NCBI GenBank assembly: GCA_039921445.1
Contig: JBDSBU010000171.1
Span: 1 to 52,674 of the forward strand
From: Marmoricola sp.
GTDB lineage: Bacteria > Actinomycetota > Actinomycetes > Propionibacteriales > Nocardioidaceae
Length of the DNA stretch: 52,674 bases
Direction: 5' to 3'
Shown here: positions 38,618-48,855 of the stretch, piece after piece
How positions within the stretch are numbered: the first letter of the stretch is position 1
How the letters are laid out: every line of letters starts with the position of its first letter
Position numbers and translations under genes: made by a program
Notes under the pieces: generated by a model
What the model was told of the DNA's origin: nothing
Databases searched by the model: none
What the model saw: only the letters and a program-made list of their open reading frames with translations

Positions 38618-38735
38618 CCCGGCACCCTGCACCAAACTCGCCGATCGCGCTGGCTGAATCCACAGACACCGACGGACCGGCGTTGCCTGCGCAGGAAGCC
38701 GAGATCCCGGCGTCCGGCTGGGCATGGCCGCTCCG

Positions 38736-38777
38736 GCGCTGCCAGTTTCACAAGTTCTCCTGTGAAACTGGCAGCGC
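38736..38777. terminator. Perfect 17-bp stem hairpin just after the hsaF stop
   Basis: GCGCTGCCAGTTTCACA-agttctcc-TGTGAAACTGGCAGCGC. Confidence 0.75.
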
Positions 38778-38779
38778 GA

Positions 38780-39853
38780 TCAGGTGTTGGCGTCCTGCTT
38801 GGCGCGCAACTCGAGGGCGATGTCGATCAGCTGGTCCTCCTGGCCGCCGATCAGCTTGCGCTGCCCGGCCACCATCAAGATCTCGGCGCCGGAGACGCCG
38901 TAGCGCTCGGCAGCGTTGCCTGCGTGCTTGAGGAAGGACGAGTAGACCCCGGCGTATCCCATCATCATGGTCATCCGGTCCAGCCGGCACTCGTCGGGCA
39001 TCGCGGGACGGACGACGTCCTCCGAGGCGTCGATGATCTTCCTGAAGTCCACACCAGTGCGCCAGCCGAGCTTGTCGCAGATGCCGACGAAGGCGTCCAG
39101 CGGAGTGTTTCCGGCGCCGGCACCGAAGCGGCGCACGGACCCGTCGATCTGGGTAGCGCCTGCACGGACGGCCATCACGGTGTTGGCGGCACCGAGGTCG
39201 AGGTTCTCGTGGCCGTGGAACCCGACGGTCGCGTCCGTGCCGATCTCGGCGACCAGCGCCGAAACGCGGTCGGAGACACCCTCCATGATCAGGGCCCCGG
39301 CCGAGTCGACGACGTAGACGCACTGACAGCCCGCATCGACCATCGTCCGCGCCTGCTTGGCGAGGACCTCCGGCGGCTGGGTGTGGCTCATCATCAAGAA
39401 GCCCACGGTCTCCAATCCCAGCTCGCGCGCCAGCGTGAAGTGCTGCTGCGAGGTGTCGGCCTCGGTGCAGTGCGTGGCGATCCGACAGATCGAGCCGCCG
39501 TTGTCCTGCGCCGCCCGGATGTCGTCCTTGGTGCCGACGCCGGGGAGCATCAGGAAGGCGATCTTCGCGCGCTTCGCGGTCTCCGCCGCAATCTTGATCA
39601 GCTCCTGCTCCGGGGTGAGCGAGAAGCCGTAGTTGAAGCTGGATCCGCCGAGACCGTCGCCGTGCGTCACCTCCAGCACGGGTACGCCGGCCTCGTCGAG
39701 CGCGCCGATGATCGAGCGCACCTCCTCGCCGGTGAACTGGTGCCGCTTGTGGTGCGAACCGTCACGCAAGCAGGTGTCGGTGAGCCGGATGTCGAGGTCT
39801 GCTGACCAGGTGCGCTCCAACGCGTTGAGCTGCGGGTCTCCGAAGACGGTCAT
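38780..39853 (-). CDS. hsaF: 4-hydroxy-2-oxovalerate/hexanoate aldolase
   Basis: [45 protein letters not shown]. Confidence 0.9.
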   Translation of the reverse strand: MTVFGDPQLNALERTWSADLDIRLTDTCLRDGSHHKRHQFTGEEVRSIIGALDEAGVPVLEVTHGDGLGGSSFNYGFSLTPEQELIKIAAETAKRAKIAFLMLPGVGTKDDIRAAQDNGGSICRIATHCTEADTSQQHFTLARELGLETVGFLMMSHTQPPEVLAKQARTMVDAGCQCVYVVDSAGALIMEGVSDRVSALVAEIGTDATVGFHGHENLDLGAANTVMAVRAGATQIDGSVRRFGAGAGNTPLDAFVGICDKLGWRTGVDFRKIIDASEDVVRPAMPDECRLDRMTMMMGYAGVYSSFLKHAGNAAERYGVSGAEILMVAGQRKLIGGQEDQLIDIALELRAKQDANT

Positions 39854-40755
39854 GCGAGTGCCCCCTGGGTGGCCATTCCTTCGCCGGCGCGGGTCGCGGC
39901 GGCGGTCATGATGTCGAGGTTGCCGGAGTACGGCGGCAGGAAGTCGCCCGCGCCCTCGACCTCGAGAAAGATGCTGACCTTCGTCTGCCCACGGGTTGCC
40001 TGGGTCGGCGGGTCGAACTGCGGATCCTGCAGCAGGCGGTAGCCGGGGACGTAGTCCTGCACCGCGGCGACCATCGCGTGCACGGACTCAGAGATGGCGT
40101 CCTGGCCTTCGTCGTACACCTCCGGCCCCACGGCGCAGAAGATCGTGTCGCGCATGATCATCGGCGGCTCGGCCGGGTTCAGGATGATGATCGCCTTGCC
40201 GCTCTGCGCACCGCCGATCGTCTCCACGCCCCTTGCGGTGGTACGGGTGAACTCGTCGATGTTCTGACGCGTGCCCGGGCCCGCCGAGAGCGAGGCGACG
40301 GACGCGACGATCTCGGCGTAGGAGACCGGAGTCGCCCGCGACACTGCGGCCACCATCGGGATCGTGGCCTGTCCCCCGCAGGTGATCATGTTGACGTTGT
40401 CGGCTCCTGCGTGCTCGTTGCCGTTGACCGCGGGGATCACCGCCGGCCCCACGGCCGCAGGTGTCAGGTCGATCGCACGGATCCCAGCCTCCCGATAGCG
40501 GGGTGCGTACTCCCGGTGGATGTAGGCGCTGGTCGCCTCGAAGATCAGGTCCGGCAGCTCGTCCTGCTTCAGGAGCCAGTCGACGCCCTCGTGGCTGGCC
40601 TCGAGGCCCTTCTCCCGCGCACGGGAGAGCCCCGGACTCTCGGGGTCGACGCCGATCATCCAGCGTGGCTCGATCAGGTTCGAGCGCAGAAGCTTGTACA
40701 TCAGGTCCGTGCCGATGTTGCCCGGACCGACGATGGCCGCAGTGAGCTTGCTCAT
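39850..40755 (-). CDS. hsaG: Acylating acetaldehyde/propanal dehydrogenase
   Basis: [40 protein letters not shown]. Confidence 0.9.
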   Translation of the reverse strand: MSKLTAAIVGPGNIGTDLMYKLLRSNLIEPRWMIGVDPESPGLSRAREKGLEASHEGVDWLLKQDELPDLIFEATSAYIHREYAPRYREAGIRAIDLTPAAVGPAVIPAVNGNEHAGADNVNMITCGGQATIPMVAAVSRATPVSYAEIVASVASLSAGPGTRQNIDEFTRTTARGVETIGGAQSGKAIIILNPAEPPMIMRDTIFCAVGPEVYDEGQDAISESVHAMVAAVQDYVPGYRLLQDPQFDPPTQATRGQTKVSIFLEVEGAGDFLPPYSGNLDIMTAAATRAGEGMATQGALA

Positions 40756-40767
40756 CAGGTTCCTCTC

Positions 40768-41553
40768 TCAGGTGAAGCTGAGACGGACTGAACCCAGTCC
40801 GTCGAAGTCGGCGGTGAACTCGTCACCGGCTGTGGCGTCGATGGCGCGGTGCACCGAGCCGGGCAGGATCACGTGACCGGCCTGGAGGGTGACCCCGAAG
40901 CCGGCCACCTTGTCGGCGAGCCAGGCCACCGCGGTGACCGGGTTGCCGAGCACGGCGTCGGAGCGCCCCTCGGCGACCTGCTCGCCGTTGCGCATCAGCC
41001 GGGCCGAGATCGTGCGCAGGTCGATGTCCGACGGCGCGACCCGCTCGGGACCGAGCACGTAGCCCGCTGACGAGGCATTGTCGGCGATGGTGTCGGCGAT
41101 CTGGATGTTCCAGTCGGCGATCCGGCTGTCGATCAGCTCGATCGCCGGAGCGACGTACGCCGTAGCGCGCAGCACGTCATCCTCCGTGCAGCCCTTGCCA
41201 GGGAGCGTCTCGCCGAGGATGAAGGCGACCTCCACCTCGACGCGCGGGTAGCAGTAGCGGCTCGCCGGGACCGGTTCATCCTCCAGCACCTCCATGTCGG
41301 AGAGCAGGTGGCCGTAGTCGGGCTCGTCGACGCCCATCATCTGCTGCATCGCGACCGAGGACAGCCCGACCTTGTGACCGTTGACGCGGGCGCCGGCCTG
41401 CAGGCGCCTGCGGATGTTCAACAGCTGGATCCTGTAGGAGTCGACGACGTCGAGTCCGGGCCAGGTCTCGCGCAGAGGCGGGATGGGCGTCCGGTTGACC
41501 TCGGCGTCCCACAGGAGGTCCGAGACCAGGCGCTGTTCGTCTTCGGAGAGCAT
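40768..41553 (-). CDS. hsaE: 2-hydroxypenta/hexa-2,4-dienoate hydratase
   Basis: GHKVGLSS, EPDYGHL, RVEVEVAF, DTIADNASS, LGNP. Confidence 0.9.
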   Translation of the reverse strand: MLSEDEQRLVSDLLWDAEVNRTPIPPLRETWPGLDVVDSYRIQLLNIRRRLQAGARVNGHKVGLSSVAMQQMMGVDEPDYGHLLSDMEVLEDEPVPASRYCYPRVEVEVAFILGETLPGKGCTEDDVLRATAYVAPAIELIDSRIADWNIQIADTIADNASSAGYVLGPERVAPSDIDLRTISARLMRNGEQVAEGRSDAVLGNPVTAVAWLADKVAGFGVTLQAGHVILPGSVHRAIDATAGDEFTADFDGLGSVRLSFT

Positions 41554-41563
41554 GTGCCAACAA

Positions 41564-41577
41564 TAGAACCTGTTACA
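41564..41577. promoter_or_regulatory. KstR operator (hsaE/kstD divergon)
   Basis: TAGAACCTGTTACA, exact match, in a 34-bp gap. Confidence 0.9.
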
Positions 41578-41587
41578 GTTTTGCGCC

Positions 41588-43300
41588 ATGAAGCCCCCCG
41601 TAGAACCCAACCTCGGTGCCGTGTACGACGTGGTCGTGGTCGGTGCCGGCGGTGCAGGCATGGCCGCCGCCCTTGCGGCCGCCTCTCGCGGTCTCGAGAC
41701 GCTGCTGGTCGAGAAGAGCAGCTACTTCGGCGGCTCGACGGCGCGCTCGGGCGGCGGCGTCTGGATCCCCGGCAACTACGCGCTGGTCGCTGCTGGCGAG
41801 GCCGACGACCCGGAGGAGGCCAAGCGCTATCTCGATGCCATCGTCGGTGACGTGGTCCCGAAGGTTCGGCGCGACACCTTCATCGACCGAGGACCGGAGG
41901 TGATGGAGTTCCTGCGCGACCACACCCGGGTGCGCTTCGCCTGGGTTCCGGAGTACTCCGACTACCTTCCCGAGAGTCCCGGAGGCCGGGTGCGCGGGCG
42001 CAGCGTCGAGCCGGTGCCGTTGGACGCCAGCTTCCTGGGCGAGGAGCTCGGGCGACTGCACCCGCCGTACACCAAGGCGCCGGCGAACCTGATCGTCACC
42101 CAGGCCGACTTCCGCAAGATCAGCCTCGGCCTGCGCACGATCAGGGGACCGCTGACGATGATGCGGGTGCTGCTCAACCGGATGCTGAGCATCCTGCGCG
42201 GCCGCAAGATGCATGCGATGGGCAACGCATTGGCGATCGGGCTGCGTCAGGGCCTGATCGACGCCGGTGTGCCCGTCGAGTACGACACCGAGCTGCGTGA
42301 CCTCGTCCTCGAGAACGGCCGGGTCACGGGAGTCGAAGTCAGTCACCAAGGGGCCGAGCGCGTGATCCGAGCGCGGGTCGGCGTGATCCTCGGCAGCGGT
42401 GGGTTCGAGAAGAACCTCGAGCTGCGCCAGCGTTTCCAGCCTGCCCCGACCAGCATCGAGTGGACCACTGGCGCCGAGTCCAACACCGGTGGCGGTCACC
42501 TCGCCGGGATGGCCGCGGGCGCCGAGGTCGCGCTGATGGACGACGCCTGGTGGGGTCCGACCATCCCGCTCCCTCGCGGGCCGTGGTTCGCGCTGGCGGA
42601 GCGGAACCTGCCCGGGTCGATCATCGTGAACTCGGCCGGTCAGCGGTTCATGAACGAGGCGCTGCCGTACGTCGAAGCGGTGCACGAGATCTACAAGGGA
42701 GAGGCGACCGGCGTCACGCACGTGCCGTCGTGGTTGGTGATCGACCAACGCTACCGGAACCGCTACCTGTTTGCCGGTCTCACGCCGCGCCAGCCATTCC
42801 CGGGCCACTGGTACAAGCACGGAACTGTCACGAAGGCCGAAACCCTCGACGCGCTGGCCGCCCAGATCGACGTACCTGCTCAGGCGCTGCGTGCCACCGT
42901 CGACCGCTTCAACGGCTTTGCGCGCACCGGCATCGACGAGGACTTCCACCGTGGTGAGAGCGCCTACGACAAGTACTACTCCGACCCGACGGTGAAGCCG
43001 AACCCTTCGCTGCACACGATCGACCAGGGCCCCTTCTACGCGGTCAAGATCGTCCCTGGAGACCTGGGCACCAAGGGTGGCCTGGTCACCGACGAGCGCG
43101 CCAGGGTCCTGCGCCCGGACGGCTCGGTCATCGAGGGCCTCTACGCCGCGGGCAACGTCTCGGCCGCAGTGATGGGGCACACCTACGCCGGTCCCGGAGC
43201 GACGATCGGGCCGGCCATGGTCTTCGGCTACCTCGCCGCCGAAGATTGCGCTGAGCAGGCCGCTGGCCTCGCGACGACCCCCGTGGAAGAGGCCTCCTGA
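41588..43300 (+). CDS. kstD: 3-ketosteroid delta-1-dehydrogenase
   Basis: VVGAGGAG, GGSTARSGGGVWIP, YSDYLPE, GDLGTKGG, YAGPGATIG. Confidence 0.92.
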   Translation: MKPPVEPNLGAVYDVVVVGAGGAGMAAALAAASRGLETLLVEKSSYFGGSTARSGGGVWIPGNYALVAAGEADDPEEAKRYLDAIVGDVVPKVRRDTFIDRGPEVMEFLRDHTRVRFAWVPEYSDYLPESPGGRVRGRSVEPVPLDASFLGEELGRLHPPYTKAPANLIVTQADFRKISLGLRTIRGPLTMMRVLLNRMLSILRGRKMHAMGNALAIGLRQGLIDAGVPVEYDTELRDLVLENGRVTGVEVSHQGAERVIRARVGVILGSGGFEKNLELRQRFQPAPTSIEWTTGAESNTGGGHLAGMAAGAEVALMDDAWWGPTIPLPRGPWFALAERNLPGSIIVNSAGQRFMNEALPYVEAVHEIYKGEATGVTHVPSWLVIDQRYRNRYLFAGLTPRQPFPGHWYKHGTVTKAETLDALAAQIDVPAQALRATVDRFNGFARTGIDEDFHRGESAYDKYYSDPTVKPNPSLHTIDQGPFYAVKIVPGDLGTKGGLVTDERARVLRPDGSVIEGLYAAGNVSAAVMGHTYAGPGATIGPAMVFGYLAAEDCAEQAAGLATTPVEEAS

Positions 43301-44181
43301 TGCCGATCGACCCCGACGTCGCCATCGGCGCCCAGCTGCCCGACCGCACCTTCTCGTGGTCCAGCTCCGACATCCTGCTCTACCACCTCGGCATCGGCGC
43401 GGGATCGGCGCCGGGCGCCAACCTCGACTCGGCCGCCCTCCGCTACACCCTGGACGACGAACACCTCCAGGTCCTGCCGAGCTTCGGCATCGTCGCGCCC
43501 ACCTTCCACGAGACTGATCCCCCGCCGCTCGACCTGCCGGGGTGTGACATCAACCTCGCTCAGGTCGTCCACGGCAGCCAGGAGATCTCCGTCACCGGGC
43601 CCTTGCCGGCCTCGGGCACGGCCACGCTTCGCACACGGGTCACCGACGTCTGGGACAAGGGCAAGGCGGCGGTGATCTGGCAGGAAGGTCGCGCCACGGC
43701 CGAGGACGGCAGCCCCTTGTGGACCGCTCGATCCTCGATCTTCGTCCGCGGCGAGGGCGGCTGGGGCGGCGACCGCGGCACCTCCACGAAGGTCGAGCTG
43801 CCCGACCGCGAGCCGGACTGCGACGCGGCCTACGACGTCACGCCGCAGCAGGCCCTGCTCTACCGACTCTGCGGTGATCGCAATCCCCTCCACGCAGATC
43901 CCGAGTTCGCCGCTGCGGCTGGGTTCCCGGTGCCCATCCTGCACGGCTTGTGCTCCTACGGCATCGTGCTGCGCACCGTGACCGACGCGCTGCTCGACGG
44001 GGACGCCTCGAGGGTGGGCGGCTTCGCTGCCCGCTTCGCCGGAGTGGTCATTCCCGGAGAGACGATCAGGGTCCGCGCCTGGCGCGAGGAGGACAGGATC
44101 CTGGTGTCGGCCACGATCCGCGCCGATGGCGAGCGCGATGGTGCGCCGGTGCTCGCGGACTGTGTGCTGACCCCAGCCTGA
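43300..44181 (+). CDS. hsd4B: MaoC-like double-hotdog hydratase Hsd4B/ChsH3 (Rv3538-like)
   Basis: MPIDPDVAIGA, VVHGSQ, YRLCGDRNPLHADP, PILHGLC; translationally coupled to kstD. Confidence 0.85.
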   Translation: MPIDPDVAIGAQLPDRTFSWSSSDILLYHLGIGAGSAPGANLDSAALRYTLDDEHLQVLPSFGIVAPTFHETDPPPLDLPGCDINLAQVVHGSQEISVTGPLPASGTATLRTRVTDVWDKGKAAVIWQEGRATAEDGSPLWTARSSIFVRGEGGWGGDRGTSTKVELPDREPDCDAAYDVTPQQALLYRLCGDRNPLHADPEFAAAAGFPVPILHGLCSYGIVLRTVTDALLDGDASRVGGFAARFAGVVIPGETIRVRAWREEDRILVSATIRADGERDGAPVLADCVLTPA

Positions 44182-44282
44182 GCCGGAGCGGCCGGCGCGC
44201 ACGCCCGCCGGCATGGAATTACCAACTCGAGGGCACTGTTGGGATCGACGTACGCCACCCCCCATCAGCACCTGGAGAACTC

Positions 44283-44981
44283 GTGAGCTCGATCCTCTTC
44301 GTAGTCACCGGAGCCCGTCACTGGACGCTGCGCGACGGCACCCAGCACCCCACCGGCTTCTGGGGTGAGGAGCTTGTCGCGCCGTACCGGGCCTTCACTG
44401 CTGCCGGCCACGACGTCACGATCGCGACGCCGGGAGGAGTCGAGCCGGTCGTCGACCAGGCCAGTCTCGCTGCCGAGGTGAACGGTGGCCAGGACAACGC
44501 CGACGCCATCGTCCGAGAGCTGGGCGAGATCGGCCAGCTCAAGCACCCGCTCCCCCTCGAGGACGTCGACCTCGACGCCTATGCCGCGGTGTTCTACCCC
44601 GGTGGCCACGGCCCGATGGAGGATCTCTCCGTGAATGCCGACTCGGCCGCACTGCTCACCAGGACCTTGGAGTCGGGCAAGCCGCTCGGCATCGTGTGCC
44701 ACGCCCCTGCCGCCCTGTTGGCAACCGTCGACGCGGACGGCCGGTCCCCGTTCTCCGGCTACCGCGCGACGGCTTTCAGCAACGCCGAGGAGACGCAGGC
44801 GGGCCTTGCCGAGGGCGCCCCCTGGCTGCTGCAGGACCGTTTGGTCGAGCTCGGGATCGAGTTCGAGGAGGCCGAGCCTTGGTCGGAGCACGTGATCGTC
44901 GATCGCAACCTCTTCACCGGGCAGAACCCTGCGTCCTCAGGGCCCCTTGCCGAGAGGATGCTGGGGTCCTTGACGCCCTGA
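44283..44981 (+). CDS. DJ-1/PfpI (Hsp31-like) protein
   Basis: PTGFWGEEL, FYPGGHGPMEDL, VCHAPAAL, TGQNPAS; GTG start after TGGAG. Confidence 0.85.
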   Translation: MSSILFVVTGARHWTLRDGTQHPTGFWGEELVAPYRAFTAAGHDVTIATPGGVEPVVDQASLAAEVNGGQDNADAIVRELGEIGQLKHPLPLEDVDLDAYAAVFYPGGHGPMEDLSVNADSAALLTRTLESGKPLGIVCHAPAALLATVDADGRSPFSGYRATAFSNAEETQAGLAEGAPWLLQDRLVELGIEFEEAEPWSEHVIVDRNLFTGQNPASSGPLAERMLGSLTP

Positions 44982-44983
44982 TC

Positions 44984-45973
44984 TCAGCTGGCGCGCGCCA
45001 GCGAGGCGACGAAGTCGAGCTTGTCGAGCACCCCGGCCGGGATCACGAACGGGTAGAGATCGTCGTGGCCCATGCTGCGGTTGATCATGTTCAGCGCGAC
45101 GCTCAGCGGCATCCAGATCCCCACCACCACGTCACGGAAGTTGCTGAACGAGCTGAGCGTGCCGACGGTGGTCAGGCCGTACTCGGAGGCCGTCGAGATC
45201 GTGTCGCAGATGTGCAGGTAGTGCGCCCAGCTCTCGGCGAAGTCCTCGAACGGGTGCATCGTGGCGTAGCTGGAGATGTACGACGACTCCCAACCCTCCG
45301 GTGGCCCCTCGGCGTAGTGCCGCTTGATCTCACCGCCGTAGTCGATCCGCTCGTCCCCGAACAGCTCGCGGCACCGGGTCATCAGCTCGTCGCCCTGGAC
45401 GAGCTGCCACTCGAAGTAATGCCCGACCTCGTGGCGGAAGTGGCCCAGCATCGTGCGGTAGGGCTCGCCGAGCTTCTCCCGCACCTTCTCCCTGTGCGCG
45501 GCCTGGCTCTCGGCCAGATCGATCGTGATCAGCCCGTTGGCGTGCCCGATCACGACGTTCTCCTCAACGCTGCTGAGCAGGTCGAAGGCCAGACCGTTCT
45601 CGGGGTCGGTGTCCTTGCCGATGACCTCGAAGCCGAGGGCGTCCAGCTCGACCAGGACCCGACGCTTGGCCTTCTCGGCCGCCGGGTAGTTCGCCAGGCC
45701 GATCGCGTCCTCGTCGTTGGGGCGGGTCCGGGTCAGCGAGCAGCTGAAGCACTGACCGCCTTCCTGCTCGGTCAGCCACGTGCAGCCGGACAGCGCCAGG
45801 TTCTGACAGACGTGCCACTGCCGACCCTCGCTGTCGACGTAGACCCCCTGGTCGTCGACCGGGACGATCGCGCGCTCCTCGCGGGAGAAGCCGAGATGCG
45901 TGCCACAGGAGACACAGACGGAGTTCTCGAAGTGCAGCGTGTTGTCGCAGGATCTGCAGCGGAAGGCCTTCAC
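44984..45973 (-). CDS. Zn-ribbon plus putative zinc metallopeptidase (DUF2248-like)
   Basis: CRSC...FENSVCVSC, EPYRTMLGHFRHEVGHY, SSYATMHPFEDFAESWAHYLH. Confidence 0.82.
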   Translation of the reverse strand: MKAFRCRSCDNTLHFENSVCVSCGTHLGFSREERAIVPVDDQGVYVDSEGRQWHVCQNLALSGCTWLTEQEGGQCFSCSLTRTRPNDEDAIGLANYPAAEKAKRRVLVELDALGFEVIGKDTDPENGLAFDLLSSVEENVVIGHANGLITIDLAESQAAHREKVREKLGEPYRTMLGHFRHEVGHYFEWQLVQGDELMTRCRELFGDERIDYGGEIKRHYAEGPPEGWESSYISSYATMHPFEDFAESWAHYLHICDTISTASEYGLTTVGTLSSFSNFRDVVVGIWMPLSVALNMINRSMGHDDLYPFVIPAGVLDKLDFVASLARAS

Positions 45974-46017
45974 CCGCGCAGCCTGCCACAGCGTGCCCAG
46001 GTGGCAGGATCTGCCCC

Positions 46018-46755
46018 ATGGACCTCCTCGACACCTGGACGACGGGCACACACACCGTCGGTGAGATCACTCACCCGACCTACCGCAAGGGCACCGGTCC
46101 GGGGGTGGTCGTGATCCACGAGATCCCCGGGATGACACCTGAGGTGATCGGCTTCTCCGAAGAGGTGGTGGCCGCTGGGTTCACCGTCGTGATGCCGCAC
46201 CTGTTCGGCACTCCTGGTGCCCCGACGAACGCCAAGACCACTGCCACCGCGTTGCGACAGGTGTGTGTCAGTCACGAGTTCACCAAGCTGGCCACCGGCG
46301 TGACGACGCCGATCGCCGGCTGGTTGCGCAGCCTGGCGCGCGAGCTCCACGACGAGCTCGGTGGTCCGGGGGTCGGTGCACTGGGGATGTGCTTCACCGG
46401 CGGCTTCGCGCTCGCGATGATGGTCGAAACGTCCGTGGTGGCACCGGTGCTGGCCCAGCCGTCGGTCCCCTTCGCCGTTACCTCGCGCAAGGCGGGCGAC
46501 CTCAACCTCAGCCCGCACGACCTCGACGTCGTACGCAGGCGCGCCGCCGAGGGGTGTCAGGTGCTCGGGCTGCGCTATGAGAAGGACCGTGCGGTCGGAA
46601 CCCGCTTCGACACCCTCAACAAGGAGATCGGGGATGCGTTCATCCGGGTCGAGTTCCCGGGAGCGAAGCACTCGACCTTGAGCACCCACCGTCAGCAGGC
46701 GGGCGTCGACCGGGTGCTGGAGTTCTTGGAGGAGAAGCTTCGTCCCACTGGGTGA
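46018..46755 (+). CDS. Dienelactone hydrolase family protein
   Basis: VIHEIPG, GALGMCFTGG, HSTL. Confidence 0.82.
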   Translation: MDLLDTWTTGTHTVGEITHPTYRKGTGPGVVVIHEIPGMTPEVIGFSEEVVAAGFTVVMPHLFGTPGAPTNAKTTATALRQVCVSHEFTKLATGVTTPIAGWLRSLARELHDELGGPGVGALGMCFTGGFALAMMVETSVVAPVLAQPSVPFAVTSRKAGDLNLSPHDLDVVRRRAAEGCQVLGLRYEKDRAVGTRFDTLNKEIGDAFIRVEFPGAKHSTLSTHRQQAGVDRVLEFLEEKLRPTG

Positions 46756-46774
46756 GGAATCGCGCGAGACCGGA

Positions 46775-47506
46775 TCAGGAGACGATCAGAGCCTCCTCCG
46801 CCGCCAGCGCCCGCAGATAGGTCGCGAAGCCTTGTGGGGCACGCCCCCGTCGACGCCCCGAGGTCATCACCTGGGTCCGCGCAGTGGAGCACCATGGGAC
46901 CTTCGCCTCTCGCATCCGGGCCACGAGGGCCACGTCCTCGGCCGTTCGGACGGGCGGAAACCCGCCGGCCGCGTCGTACGCCGCCAGGGTGAACCCGAGA
47001 TTGGCGCCGTGAACGTGGTCGTGCCCCTCCTTCAAGCGATGACGTGCCCGCCACAGGCGCAGCACCTCGGGCGACACGTCCTCGGGGTCCGGGTGCACGG
47101 TGCCCACCACGAGCGCACAGCCGGTCCCGGCGAGCCTCAGCTGCTCGCTCAGCCAGTGCTCAGGCACGACGGTGTCGGCGTCCGTGCAGGCGATCCAGAC
47201 GTGGCTCGGGTCGACCCCGGCCGCCATCCTGCGCGCCCGCTCCACTCCGTGCGCCCGCACCTCGCCGACCACTCCGGAGTGCACCTCGTCCACGTCCAGC
47301 CACGGGTAACCCGCCAGCACCCGCGCAGATTCGTCGGTGCACGAGTCCAGGACCACCGTCACTCGCACCCGAACCTCGGGCGCCACCGCACGCGCCGCCT
47401 CTGTGGCGACGCGCACTGACGCGAGGTGGCGCGGCAGCGACCTCGCCTCGTCGCGGGCAGGGACCACGACATGGACGAGGTGGGGTGCCCCAGGTGACTC
47501 CCTCAC
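46775..47506 (-). CDS. Glycosyltransferase family 2
   Basis: VVVPARDE, VLDSCTD, ACTDAD, HVHGANLG, EDV, TSGR; GTGA-coupled to the upstream gene. Confidence 0.83.
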   Translation of the reverse strand: MRESPGAPHLVHVVVPARDEARSLPRHLASVRVATEAARAVAPEVRVRVTVVLDSCTDESARVLAGYPWLDVDEVHSGVVGEVRAHGVERARRMAAGVDPSHVWIACTDADTVVPEHWLSEQLRLAGTGCALVVGTVHPDPEDVSPEVLRLWRARHRLKEGHDHVHGANLGFTLAAYDAAGGFPPVRTAEDVALVARMREAKVPWCSTARTQVMTSGRRRGRAPQGFATYLRALAAEEALIVS

Positions 47507-48855
47507 CGCAGCGGGTCCGGCCAGGAGTCGTCGCGTGCATGCACCCTGATCTCGACGTCCCGGTCGCGGTAGGTGGCACGCAGCGGCGGCAGCCGTGGGT
47601 CCTCGAAGGCAGCGTGGACCCGATCGGCGTCCAGCACCCAGCCCTCGACTCGGTGGCGCCAGTGACAGAGCACGACGACGCCCTGGGGGTCGAGCGAGCC
47701 CACCACGCGGTCGACCAGCTGCTCCAGGGCTGCCGGGCTGAGGAAGTAGCCCATCTCCGAGACCACGACCAGGTCGAAGCTCAGATCGGGCACCCACTCG
47801 CGGGGCAGGTCCAGCCGCGCCACCCTCACCCCGTCGTGTGCGACGAGTCTGCGACGAGCCGCGGCCAACGCGGCTGACGACCTGTCGACCGCTACCACCT
47901 GCCTCGAGCGCCCGGCCAGCGCCTCGGCGAGGGCACCAGTCGAGCATCCGAGCTCCAGGGTCCGGTCGAAGCTCGGCTTCGGCAGGGCCGCCAGAACGAG
48001 GTCCCGCTTGCGCTGCTCATACCAACGCGAGTCGGCACCCCACGGGTCGGCCGCGTTGAGGTGCAGCCGGTCGAGGGAGTCGTCAGGACACTCCTCCGAC
48101 GGGGTGCACAGAAAATGTTCGGGCGAGTCCGCGAAGTGGGCGAGCAGCTCAGGCCCCAGAAGAGTCTCGTCGCCCTGTAGGGCGGAGAGCGGGGCCACCT
48201 GGCTGAGGTGGGCCCTGATCGCGGCCGCCTTCGCCGCGAGGGCGCCCCCTTCCAGGGCGAAGGGGTGCAGCGACTGCCAGGGAGCCTCATCGGGCGTGCC
48301 CCAGTGCCAGAACCACACGGGGTACTCCCACAGGTCGGCGCCCGTACGCCGAGCCGCCGCGGCAGCCGCTCGACCGGCGGTCTCGTGGTCGGGATGCCCG
48401 TCGCTCCGCCACGGGGCCGCGATCACCGTCTGACGACCGTCACCGACGAGGTCGACCAGTTTCGTGACGACCAGGTCCTCGTGGGCCTCCAGCCCGCCGT
48501 CGGGGAGCTCGAGCCGGTGCAGTTCGGTGACGCCGAGCGCCGTGGCAGCTGCGCGTCCCTCCCGGGACCTGATGACAGCCAGCTCTGCTGGGGTGCACGT
48601 GGGCGAGTCGGGGTGGCTGTGCTCGCCGTCGGTGGCGCACACGATGACGACCTCGAGACCGGACGCAACCGCGGTCGAGATCAGACCACCTGCTCCCAGG
48701 GACTCGTCGTCGGGGTGCGCCGCCAGCACGACGAGGCGCACACACCCCGCCAGGGTCAATGGCTCCCCCGCGGTCCAGGAAGGGTGCCGTCTCCACACCG
48801 ATGCGGGCGTGCCCGGTCCGATGTGCGTGAAACTGCTGTGCTCCTCGGTGCTCAC
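47503..48855 (-). CDS. Bifunctional PIG-L deacetylase / NodS-like SAM methyltransferase
   Basis: AAHPDDESLG, ATDGE, DGHPDH, HLSQ; then DPWG...WYEQRKR, LELGCSTG, SEMGYFL. Confidence 0.85.
   Translation of the reverse strand: MSTEEHSSFTHIGPGTPASVWRRHPSWTAGEPLTLAGCVRLVVLAAHPDDESLGAGGLISTAVASGLEVVIVCATDGEHSHPDSPTCTPAELAVIRSREGRAAATALGVTELHRLELPDGGLEAHEDLVVTKLVDLVGDGRQTVIAAPWRSDGHPDHETAGRAAAAAARRTGADLWEYPVWFWHWGTPDEAPWQSLHPFALEGGALAAKAAAIRAHLSQVAPLSALQGDETLLGPELLAHFADSPEHFLCTPSEECPDDSLDRLHLNAADPWGADSRWYEQRKRDLVLAALPKPSFDRTLELGCSTGALAEALAGRSRQVVAVDRSSAALAAARRRLVAHDGVRVARLDLPREWVPDLSFDLVVVSEMGYFLSPAALEQLVDRVVGSLDPQGVVVLCHWRHRVEGWVLDADRVHAAFEDPRLPPLRATYRDRDVEIRVHARDDSWPDPLR

Noticed and set aside
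37730-39805. 691-aa plus-strand ORF
   Set aside because: Antisense to the DUF559 gene and hsaF, and crosses the hairpin; no domain signal.
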